From positions 1 through 64,000 of the forward strand of contig CAVSHB010000004.1 of NCBI GenBank assembly GCA_963727775.1: DNA of 64,000 nt, given 5' to 3'. Position numbers and translations under genes: made by a program. The number at the start of each line of letters is the position of its first letter. The first letter of the stretch is position 1. The stretch is from an uncultured Nitrospiraceae bacterium. Its GTDB lineage: Bacteria > Nitrospirota > Thermodesulfovibrionia > Thermodesulfovibrionales > SM23-35. This document shows positions 9,074-18,009 of this stretch, one piece after another. Below the pieces are notes generated by a model. It was not told the origin of the DNA, did no database searches, and worked only from the letters and a program-made list of their open reading frames with translations.

Positions 9074-10439
9074 GGCGCATCTGGGTTCTTCATGGGTCTA
9101 TGCAATATATAGTGGTTTGAGTATCCTATGTTCATGGATGAAAAAGTGTTTTATACAAAGATATTGGGAATCAAGCTGCCTTGGGTTTGTAAAACAGGTT
9201 ATTATGGACGAAGCAACTCAGCGAATCGACATTTATATGGAGCATGAGAAAGATATACGCGTCAGGTGTCCGGAATGTGGTGCGTTTTACGGCATGTACG
9301 ATCACGCACCTGAGCGCGTTTATCGTCATTTGAACACCTGCCAAATGGAAACCTACATTCATGTTCGGCCACCGCGAGTAAACTGCCCTACGCATGGAGT
9401 TAAGCAGATAGAATCGGCGGTTGGTGAGAACGGCTCGGATATGAGTCATGCCTTTGAGAGTCTGGTCATTCGTGTTGCTCAAGAGTGCAGCATCGAGGGT
9501 ACGGCCCGGCTTTGTGGATTGAGTTGGGATAAAGGATGGAATGCTCTGGAGCGAGCGGTTAATCGTGGTCGCGGACGCAAGGTGCATCGCATCCCAAGCC
9601 GTATCGGAGTGGATGAGAAGTCCATTGCGAAGGGACACAAATACGAGTCTCTGGTTTACGATCTTGATGCAGGGACTGTTGAGTTTGTATGGGATGATCG
9701 TGGCCAGGAAAGTCTTGAAAGCTATTACCGGCAGTTTAGCAAGGAAGAACTGTCTGACGTTAAAGCTGTGGCAATGGACATGTGGGACCCGTATATTGCG
9801 GCTACAAAAGCTTATGTACCTGGTGCGGAAAGGAAGATCGTCTTTGATCGTTTTCATGTGATGAAGCATGTTCTGGCTGCGGTGGATGAGGTCAGAAAGA
9901 GAGAACATCGTGAACTTTCGGAGTGCGGAGAGCAAACTTTGAAGGGAACCAGATATCTGTGGTTGTGGAGCGAGGAGAATATTCCATCGTGGCGACGTGG
10001 AGAGTTTGAGGCATTGCGAGCCAAAGACTTGCAGATATGCCGGGCGTGGGCTATAAAAGAGAACCTTCGGCATCTGTGGGAGTATCGGTATGAGGCCCAT
10101 ATGAGAAACTATTTCAAGCGCTGGTATTTTTGGGCGACTCATTCTCGACTTGAGCCTATTAAGAAAGCGGCTAAGACGGTTAAGTCCCATATAGACAATA
10201 TCGTTACTTACGCACGGCATCGCATTACCAACGCCTTGGGCGAGGCAATCAACGGCAAGATTGAGAAAGTTAAACGAATGGCTTGTGGTTTTCGCAATCG
10301 CTCCCATTATAGAACCGCCATTTATTTTCATTGCGGCGGACTGGACTTGTTTCCCAAACCGCCTGCTCAACCAACACTATGCTTTCGAGCAACTTAAACA
10401 CTATCTGTTGGGGGTATCCATTAAAATGTCTGTTCCGGC
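9074..10439 (+). mobile_element. ISL3-family insertion sequence
   Basis: 8-bp TSD TTCAGATG (9066-9073, 10440-10447) and degenerate terminal IRs. Confidence 0.9.
9134..10397 (+). pseudogene. ISL3 transposase with a probable frameshift near 9184
   Basis: CPECG..CPTHG zinc finger, IGVDE, AMDMW, FDRFH, EAINGKI...GFRN. The natural N-terminus MDEKVFYTKILGIKLPW is one base out of frame with FVKQV. Confidence 0.8.
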
Positions 10440-11445
10440 TTCAGATGTGATTGCAGTCGTTGAAGTAAAGAAGAATTTATACGGCGAATTAGAAGATGTC
10501 ATGGACTGGTCACGAGACTTTCAAAATCGAATTTGGGAGCCTCCGGCAAGTCAAGAAATAAATTTGGTGCGGGATGCGTGGCGCACCATCACTGGGCAAG
10601 AACTGCCTGAACGGCAGGATATCTCTTCGTTGCCATATTACTTGGAAATGATATACCACACTCTTGTGGTTGAGGCATCGACACCTGTCAGAATATTTAT
10701 CGGGTATGAGGGATATGTGAGCGAAACCAGTTTTCGTAAAGGGCTAATCAAATACCTAAACGATCTTATCATAGCAGGGAAGCAACAGTTAGGCGGACCC
10801 AGATCGCTTCCTGATGTTATGATTTGTAGAGACTCAACAATTTTCAAATTGAATGGCATGCCCTATCCAGGTCCGATTACAGAGAAAGATTATTGGTTCT
10901 ATTTGGGAAGTCGCGGAATTGACCCACTCCATATCCTACTTGAGGTTCTTTGGACTCGTCTGAGCTATAAATTTGGAATATCATCAGATATCTTCGGCGA
11001 AGATTTGGAAAGCGAAGGAGTCAACCCGTTATTGATGATGAAAGTGGTTCAGCACGGAGAAAAACAGGGATGGGCATATGAGTATTATGAACTCACGGAA
11101 GAAAAACTTCTTGAGGGTAATACGAGTAAGCCTTGGGAGCCAGTTGAAGTTTCTGCGATAGAAGGATCTATATTGTTTGCTCTTGGCAAGAAACATGAAA
11201 TAAATATCAATGAAGATGATTTTGTTGATTATATAAATAGTCAAGGAGCGAATGTAATAGATATCATAAAGGCGTTGTGTGACAAACGACTAATTTATTA
11301 TCAAAATGATGTGATTAAATATTTGACAGATTCTTGTGTTGTAATCTTCTTGCCTGATGGCCGCGCAGTTGCAGGTGACAATAAGTCGGGTCAGATGACA
11401 AGATGGATGCTTAAGCAAGAAAACAATAAAAAATAAACCATGGTT

Positions 11446-11935
11446 AACACTTATAAGGCCCTGCCCTGTCAAGAGAAAAAACGATCCTGATCGGAAATAA
11501 AATAAAATTCTATTTCTTTTTTTTAAAAGACCATCGCCAGCTCTGACTTGGTTTCAAATGCGGCGTTAGATCAATGTCTGCACCAAACACTTATCGAGGT
11601 TCAATAGCCATGAGAAAGAGAACTGTTTTCACAATCTCTATCCCCGGCGACAGTGGAGAGAGCAATTGCCCTTGTTCTCCACGACCTAGAAACACTTATA
11701 AGGCCCTGCCCTGTCAAGAGAAAAAACGATCCTGATCGGAAATAAAATAAAATTCTATTTCTTTTTTTTAAAAGACCATCGCCAGCTCTGACTTGGTTTC
11801 AAATGCGGCGTTAGATCAATGTCTGCACCAAACACTTATCGAGGTTCAATAGCCATGAGAAAGAGAACTGTTTTCACAATCTCTATCCCCGGCGACAGTG
11901 GAGAGAGCAATTGCCCTTGTTCTCCACGACCTAGA
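11446..11935. repeat. 245-bp tandem duplication (11446-11690, 11691-11935) of the IS110 right end
   Basis: Two consecutive copies, identical on reading, each starting AACACTTATAAGGCCCTG and bounded by AACA microhomology. Confidence 0.92.
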
Positions 11936-11944
11936 AACAATTTA

Positions 11945-12210
11945 GTACCCTTGTACCGTCCTATTCAAAGGTCTGGTTCAGGTCAGTGGCCTCATCCAGT
12001 TAGTATCAGGCTCGGGTAAGGGGCAGAACCTTAACAATCTTTATATGTTATGAGGGACCGGATGTCCTAATCAAAGCGTATTTGCGCCGGGCATAATATT
12101 CCAGGATGATCGAAGGGCAGTCGAAGCTGCAAACATATGATGTTTACGAGCATCTATCGGACTTCACCCTAATGGCGCCAGTTAGACGAACAGGCTCACC
12201 CGGTCCCAGC
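11945..12210 (-). ncRNA. Putative bridge/seek RNA of the IS110 element (two homologous stem-loop modules)
   Basis: Two modules GAGCC-UG-guide-UAACUGG...CUUUGA(U/A)UAGGAC. Guides are UGUUCG (attC-like) and UGAUACU (exact circle-junction match). Confidence 0.7.
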
Positions 12211-12211
12211 T

Positions 12212-13258
12212 TTATTTCGCAAAGAATACTTTAGGATTAAACACCTCCTTTTTCTTGAGGATATTATAGACAGCCCTTGCAAGCTTATGAGCAAGGATGG
12301 TCAGAGACTTTGCCTTGCCGTGCTTTCGCTCCAGCTTTGCGCGGTATTTTACGGCTTCTGGGTTTCTCCTGAGGAAAAGCACAGCAACTTCGGAAAAGGC
12401 CCATTTCAGATGGGCATTGCCGATCTTCTTGCCGGATGCCCCGATTATTTTCCCAGCCGACTCCTTGGCGGATTTCACCAGTCTGCAGTATGAGACAAAA
12501 TCCTGTACGCGAGGGAAGCGGTTGATATCATGTATCTCATAGAGGATGGTGAGGCCGAGGATCCTTCCGACGCCTGGAATAGAGCGGAGGCGGAAATAGG
12601 AATCGGCATCATGCACTTTCGCAATAAGAGAGAGTTCATGTTCGAGATGGTTTAGGAGTTTATCGTAATGCTCGATAAGGGTGATATCGAGCTCTATGCT
12701 TTTTTGTACGCTGGGATCGGTGAAGCGGTCGGCAACGCCTACTTTGATTCTGTCGCATTTCCTTGCGATCCTTCCCATATCGGCGAAGTTATACTGGTGA
12801 TTGGTGTTTTGGATATGGGCAATGAGTTCAGCCCTTTTTCTTGCGAGGTGAGTGCGCCGCCTGAGCAGATCTCTGGTGGAGCGCATATCGGAAGGATAAA
12901 CATAGGCCATGGGCATCATGCCGCCCCGAAGCAGGGCTGCTATCTTATATGCGTCTATTTTGTCGTTCTTGGCTTTGCCGCCATGGATGGCTTTCATATA
13001 GAGAGCATGGCCAAGGACGAAGGAAATATTCTCTTTACAGCAGAGATCGGCGAGCCAGTACCAGGTGAAGATGCACTCAACGGCAACTACGATGTCCTCA
13101 CGATATGGCGCGATCGTCTTGAGAAAGATGTCGGGGTCTGTCTTGATGTCCCTATGCAGGACGATCTTTCCTTCCTGGTTGAGGATGCAAAGGTACATAG
13201 TCCTTGCGTGAAGATCGATACCGCAGTAAAATTTGTGCTGCTTGATGTAAAATCTCAT
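12212..13258 (-). CDS. IS110-family DEDD recombinase/transposase
   Basis: CGIDLH, VAVEC, KNDKIDA, LRSIPGVG, KESAGK (catalytic Ser), GNAHLKWAF. AGGAGG RBS precedes MRFY. Confidence 0.93.
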   Translation of the reverse strand: MRFYIKQHKFYCGIDLHARTMYLCILNQEGKIVLHRDIKTDPDIFLKTIAPYREDIVVAVECIFTWYWLADLCCKENISFVLGHALYMKAIHGGKAKNDKIDAYKIAALLRGGMMPMAYVYPSDMRSTRDLLRRRTHLARKRAELIAHIQNTNHQYNFADMGRIARKCDRIKVGVADRFTDPSVQKSIELDITLIEHYDKLLNHLEHELSLIAKVHDADSYFRLRSIPGVGRILGLTILYEIHDINRFPRVQDFVSYCRLVKSAKESAGKIIGASGKKIGNAHLKWAFSEVAVLFLRRNPEAVKYRAKLERKHGKAKSLTILAHKLARAVYNILKKKEVFNPKVFFAK

Positions 13259-13340
13259 TTGAGGCCTCCTTTTGGTAAATGATTTCGGTTCCTGAATCAT
13301 ACCTGATTCGGGTATGGTTCAGGGGGGCCTTAATGAGTAT

Positions 13341-13430
13341 CAAAGGCATCGAGAGGGACGCGGGAACAGCCATCTTTCTTTTTCATTCTTTGCGTGGTTG
13401 CTCCCGCGCCCCTCATGCCCGGCGTTCGGT
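13341..13430 (+). other. attC site 4, distal part (R'' stranded at 11442-11447)
   Basis: GGCATCGAGAGGGACGCGGGA/TCCCGCGCCCCTCATGCC arms, R' GTTCGGT. Confidence 0.85.
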
Positions 13431-13618
13431 TCACAATATGACAAACGAGAACGAAGAAATTGAGTTTGATTCGAAAACTGGATGGTATTTTGAGAGCCTT
13501 ACTTTTCGTCCGGGACATGGCCTTGCGGCCGATGCACTCTTTCACGATCATAACAACCGAAAACTCTGCCTCAGCAGTAGCGTTCAGTGGGTAACCATGA
13601 TCGGGAAAGCGAGGCGAA

Positions 13619-14095
13619 ATGACTAAGAAGAATCTGGCAATGATAATGGAGTGGATTCGGCCTACCGCCATAGGAGTTGTTATTTTTGTCGCCTACTATT
13701 TTGGCCATGATGCGATATCGCGATTTCATATTCTAGGTCCATTCGTAGTCATGCTCATGTCAGGCACTGTGGCCTTTGAATCTCTGAAATTGGGAGAAGT
13801 GGCCTCTGTGATAATTGGCTATGAACCCCATCGTGCTTATCAAATTCAATCGGGTCTGTCCAATGCGGCCACCGCCATCACGGCCTTGCTTGTTTATGTC
13901 CTGGATTGGGGGCGATATGCGGATGCCACCATCGTTACAGCGATGTTGATGTTCTTTACTTTCTCGGCTGCAAATCACGTCGCCACAGCCATCATGGAGG
14001 GGAATATGAAAACTGTCAATTTACTGCGCCCGGCCATGGCGTTGTTATTGATTGGAATTCTGCTTCCCCCTATGATCAAAGCACTGACTCAGTAA
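13619..14095 (+). CDS. Gene cassette: multi-pass membrane protein of unknown function
   Basis: About 5 hydrophobic segments and a YQIQSG motif. Bracketed by GTTCGGT and the complementary ACCGAAC. Confidence 0.72.
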   Translation: MTKKNLAMIMEWIRPTAIGVVIFVAYYFGHDAISRFHILGPFVVMLMSGTVAFESLKLGEVASVIIGYEPHRAYQIQSGLSNAATAITALLVYVLDWGRYADATIVTAMLMFFTFSAANHVATAIMEGNMKTVNLLRPAMALLLIGILLPPMIKALTQ

Positions 14096-14124
14096 AGCCT
14101 CGCACCGCAGTTATGAGAACAGAA

Positions 14125-14159
14125 ACCGAACCAACAAATCCACCTGACGCTCGTTCCTC
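14125..14159 (+). other. attC site 5, left half only
   Basis: R'' ACCGAAC + CAACAAATCCACCTGACGCTCGTTCCTC. The complementary arm is absent. Confidence 0.6.
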
Positions 14160-14281
14160 TCCATAGATAGAGCCCCATACTGTCTCGCCTTCAAAGCGCT
14201 GACTTTTTGCGAACCATTGCGCAGCGGTTCTGCTCCCGGAAGTCTTCACATGATAATTTGCTATAATAACTCGGAATGAAC

Positions 14282-15664
14282 GACAGTGTCAAGTCTTTTC
14301 TGTAAATTCTCTTCAGGGCTTTATTCTCAAGGGTTTTCATTGATACGATTATGCCGCAACCCTTTGCATCCTTGATGCCCGGATCCTCGTAAGGATTGCC
14401 TTTGCCTCCTTGGTCATGCTTACACCGTTCCATCTAAGTTCGTGGAGCTGCCAGTAAACCATGGTGAGCGCACGCTCCTCCTTCTGAAACCGGCCTGCTA
14501 CCTTTACCCTTCGCTTCACCTCCTTGAAGCTCCTCTCCACTATATTGGTCGTCCGAATTCTAAGCCAGTGCTGGTAAGGATATTTGTAATAGGTCAGACA
14601 GTCTTCTATATTTTCAGTCAGGCATTCCACTGCCGAAGGATATTTCATGCGCCACTTCTTCTTGAACATTTCCACGGCCTCCTTTGCGTGCTCATAGGTC
14701 GAGGCGTAAAACACCTTCCTTACTGACTCTTTTACTGATGCCTTGTCCTGTTCCAGTACTTTATCCAGCACGTTTTCAGTCCTGTGCTTCGTGCAGCGCT
14801 GTTCGTCTGATTCAGGGAAGACTTCATCCACCGCCTTGATAAGGCCGGGACAGCCATCGATAACCGTGAGCATTGGTTCACTTATGCCCCGTTTCGTGAG
14901 ATCCTCCAGAAAACCTTTCCACGCATTGTACGATTCACTGTTGCCAAGGGACACGCCCACGAGCTCCCGGCTGCCGTCCTCCAGAAACGCCCAGGCCACC
15001 AGCACCGCCTCTTTCTCCTTGGTCCCGGCCCTTACTCCCATCCGTACGCCGTCCAGAACAAGATACACCACCTGCAGCATCGATAAGTCCCGCTTCTTCC
15101 ATGCATTGAACTCATCGACGATCCTGCCGCTGATCCTTATGACATTCTGATGGCTCAGGCCTTTCTTGCCTATGAGTTTACCCACAGCTTTCTTTACCTT
15201 CCTGCTGGACAGGCCGTTCATATACAAAAGAGGGATGATTTCCTGTATTTCATCCATCTGGGTCATCCGTGGCGGCAATATCCGGGAATGAAATGGGCCA
15301 CCGGCATTCCTTACCTGCGGCATCTTTAGCCCTATATCACCGCTACCGATCTTCACGGTTCTGGGCTTCGATCCACTCCGGCTTCCTTTAGCGCAGGCAT
15401 TCCTCTCATAATAGTCTCTCTGAAGATATGCCGTCACTTCTTCTTCCATCGCCGACTCTAACATCATCCTCGCTCCGATCCTCGTCAACTCCGCTAACGG
15501 GGGCATCGCCATAAACTCCTGCACTCCATCCTCAATGACTTTTTTCGCCTTCTTTGATAAAATTCTTCTCATGGGTATAATTCTCCTTTCTCTCTTTGAG
15601 AGATTGCTTTTTCCATTGAGAATTATACCCTGATTCATATTTGCAGAATTGATCTTACGCTATC
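14282..15664 (-). mobile_element. IS256-family insertion sequence
   Basis: 8-bp TSD GAATGAAC (14274-14281, 15665-15672). IRs GACAGTGTCAAG.../GATAGCGTAAG... Confidence 0.92.
14349..15572 (-). CDS. IS256-family (Mutator) transposase
   Basis: LYMNGLSSR, YLVLDG, VIDGCPGL, QRCTKH, RTTNIVERSFKEVKRR. Confidence 0.92.
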   Translation of the reverse strand: MRRILSKKAKKVIEDGVQEFMAMPPLAELTRIGARMMLESAMEEEVTAYLQRDYYERNACAKGSRSGSKPRTVKIGSGDIGLKMPQVRNAGGPFHSRILPPRMTQMDEIQEIIPLLYMNGLSSRKVKKAVGKLIGKKGLSHQNVIRISGRIVDEFNAWKKRDLSMLQVVYLVLDGVRMGVRAGTKEKEAVLVAWAFLEDGSRELVGVSLGNSESYNAWKGFLEDLTKRGISEPMLTVIDGCPGLIKAVDEVFPESDEQRCTKHRTENVLDKVLEQDKASVKESVRKVFYASTYEHAKEAVEMFKKKWRMKYPSAVECLTENIEDCLTYYKYPYQHWLRIRTTNIVERSFKEVKRRVKVAGRFQKEERALTMVYWQLHELRWNGVSMTKEAKAILTRIRASRMQRVAA

Positions 15665-16260
15665 GAATGAACAAATACATATATCAATTTCATTGTTAAT
15701 AAGAAACAAATTTGGCGCAAAAACATATTACAAATTCCGTCTTAAAAGAAATATACTCTTTGCCGAATTATGAGCAGTTTAGGGTATTAGACCTCAGTTG
15801 CGGAGAGGGAGAAATTCTTGAAACACTTGCTAAAAGGGGATGCATAGTCGAGGGAACACACTATAAAATTAATGATTATATAATAAACAAGATTCCTAAG
15901 AATATAAAAATACATAATGATATAAATTTAGATAAAACGCTTCCATTTAATGATGAAACTTACGATTTAGTCATTTGTACGGAAGTCTTAGAACACTTAA
16001 CAACACATTTTATAATAATCCCGGAAGTTGGAAGAATATTAAAACCTGGAGGTTATTTTATTTTTTCGTCTCCGAACATATATAGATTGCATTCACGACT
16101 CAAGTTCTTTTTAACAGGAACCCATAAACTGATTAGACGCAGAGCTGGATGGGACCTTAAACGAGATGACCTTTATGCATATCATATAAATCCTCTTGAT
16201 TTTCCTACACTACATACTTTGTTATTTCAGGCAAATATCAGAATTAGAAAGCTGTCTTTT

Positions 16261-17602
16261 GACAGGGTAAACTTGATTGTGTGAACTTCAAACGAGGGGA
16301 AAAATAAGGGCGCACCTCCTATAAAATATTTTGTTACCACCAATAACAAAAATCAAAAGGAGGAGCACCCATGGAAATTAAGATTAGCGTACCAGAAGTC
16401 GTAAGTTTAATCAAAGAATTGCAGGAGAATCCATCGAGGATATTTGAGATGGCCACGATGAATGTGCAAAAAGATGTAGGCAACTATTTGACGAACCTGA
16501 TGAAAGCAGAACTGACACACATATTGGGGCGTGAGAAGTATGAGCGTGGCAAAGGGGAGAGCAATCATCGGAATGGGAGCTATCCCCGGGACTTCTGTAT
16601 TAAAGGGATAGGGGAAGTGGGTGTAAAGGTGCCGAGAGATCGGAACGGGGAATATCAGACGCAGGTATTGCCGCGTGGCAAGCGTTACGAAAATAGGATC
16701 TCCGAGGATCTGTCGATGATGTATCTGACGGGGATAAGCACGCGGACGCTATCGATGTTAAGCAGAAGGCTTATAGGGCGAGAGATATCCCACGAAGAAG
16801 TGAGCAAGGCGAACATGGAATTGACGGGGTCTGTAGAGAAGTGGCGTAATCGTGATTTATCCAAGGAGAAAATAAAGTACATATTTGTAGACGGCGTAAT
16901 ATTCAAGATGAGATTGAAATGGAGTATAGATAATGTTCCCGTCCTTGTAGCGATAGGAGTAACGGAGGATGGAACAAAGTTAGTGCTTGGTATGCAGAGT
17001 GGAGACAAGGAATCGGCGACGAACTGGCGGGAGTTTTTCAAGGATCTTAAGAGCAGAGGGCTCGATGGGGCATCGGTGCGGCTGGGGATTATGGATGGGC
17101 TATCCGGTCTGGAGCAGGTATTTGAAGAAGAGTTCCCAAATGCAAAGGTACAGAGGTGCCAGGTGCATGTGGCCCGCAATGTGTTGGCGAAGGTACCCCG
17201 TAAATTGAAAAAGGAAGTAGCGGATGACCTGAGATCCATCTTTTATGCCTCTTCCAAGAAAAAAGCGGATGAATTCTATAAGAGCTTTTATAAGAAATGG
17301 AACAAAGAACTCCCATCGGCTGTGAAATCATTAACTCAATCTATAGAGTCATGTTTGACCTTCTTCAAGTTCCCTCAGGAGGAATGGATATCATTGCGGA
17401 CGTCGAATATTATTGAGCGGCTGAATAAGGAATTTAAACGCCGAACAAAGTCTATGGAAATAGTAGCGGGAGAGGATGCCTGTTATAGGCTCCTCGCCTT
17501 TATATCTTTAAAGATGGAGTTGACTTGGAGATCAAATCCGATAGGAAAGGTGCGACCCAATTTGCCCCTTTATCAAATTTACACAAAATAGTTGACACTA
17601 CC
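16261..17602 (+). mobile_element. IS256-family insertion sequence (second, divergent)
   Basis: 9-bp TSD CTGTCTTTT (16252-16260, 17603-17611) and imperfect IRs. Confidence 0.92.
16371..17591 (+). CDS. IS256-family transposase
   Basis: HRNGSY, VPRDR, YLTGISTR, YIFVDG, MDGLSGL, QRCQVH, RTSNIIERLNKEFKRR. Confidence 0.93.
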   Translation: MEIKISVPEVVSLIKELQENPSRIFEMATMNVQKDVGNYLTNLMKAELTHILGREKYERGKGESNHRNGSYPRDFCIKGIGEVGVKVPRDRNGEYQTQVLPRGKRYENRISEDLSMMYLTGISTRTLSMLSRRLIGREISHEEVSKANMELTGSVEKWRNRDLSKEKIKYIFVDGVIFKMRLKWSIDNVPVLVAIGVTEDGTKLVLGMQSGDKESATNWREFFKDLKSRGLDGASVRLGIMDGLSGLEQVFEEEFPNAKVQRCQVHVARNVLAKVPRKLKKEVADDLRSIFYASSKKKADEFYKSFYKKWNKELPSAVKSLTQSIESCLTFFKFPQEEWISLRTSNIIERLNKEFKRRTKSMEIVAGEDACYRLLAFISLKMELTWRSNPIGKVRPNLPLYQIYTK

Positions 17603-17800
17603 CTGTCTTTTACATTATTTAAGTTAAAGCATTCTTATTTAATGCTTTTATATCCATTGTTCCGGTTAGCTTTGTATTTGGAAACCAGTGTTAACAGAAA
17701 ATCTTCTGAGCAATTTCGAGAAGGAGAAAAGGATTTACGAAAATGGATGAGTCATCCTGCATTCCTTTGCAGCGAACAATTGCTTGTTATTGGTAAAAAA

Positions 17801-17965
17801 TCTAACCCAGACTGTTTGTAAGATTGCCGACAGATGCAGTATTTAAGCGGCTTTAAATTCTTTCGAAGAAAGAATTTACCTCGGAGGCCCGATTTGTACC
17901 GGGCCGAGAATGAGCGTAAATACTGTATTTGTCGGCACCCACATATTTTATTAATTAAGTGGGCT
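17801..17965. repeat. MITE-like palindromic element
   Basis: IRs TGCCGACAGATGCAGTATTT / AAATACTGTATTTGTCGGCA. Related copies at 4088-4150 and about 24980-25012. Confidence 0.65.
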
Positions 17966-18009
17966 AACATTAAAGCCACAAACAGATTGTGCTCATCATG
18001 AATAGACTT

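Larger units (their letters stand above)
8785..11436 (+). pseudogene. Gene cassette: DUF6602-like PD-(D/E)XK nuclease-domain protein (about 425 aa) split by ISL3
   Basis: Removing the IS and one TSD rejoins ...YVYDVSD|VIAVVEVKKNL in frame. Motifs HAPTIGAMYE, SRQIDCMV and EVK. R'' GGTTAAC follows the stop. Confidence 0.8.
11448..13340 (-). mobile_element. IS110-family (IS1111-like) element inserted in attC site 4
   Basis: Removal restores GGTTAA|CAAAGGCATCGAG...CTCATGCCCGGCGTTCGGT. Shared 2-bp CA core, subterminal IRs TAAGGCCC, long non-coding region 3' of the transposase. Confidence 0.88.
15712..17821 (+). pseudogene. Class I SAM-dependent methyltransferase interrupted by IS256
   Basis: VLDLSCGEG, LPFNDETYDLVICTEVLEHL, RILKPGG. 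Rejoins in frame as RKLSF|TLFKLKHS. Confidence 0.82.

Noticed and set aside
9171..10370. 399-aa minus-strand ORF
   Set aside because: Antisense shadow of the ISL3 transposase with no recognisable motifs.
10261..10447. N-terminus of the 391-aa ORF
   Set aside because: Read-through from ISL3 sequence; the true gene begins at 8785.
11560..11575. GGCGTTAGAT inside the 245-bp duplication as attC R' boxes
   Set aside because: No complementary R''/L'' arm at a suitable distance; it lies within the IS110 end.
17800..17830. ATCTAAC at the methyltransferase end as a sixth attC
   Set aside because: No matching arm or R' box follows, and the same sequence begins the repeat copy at 4088.
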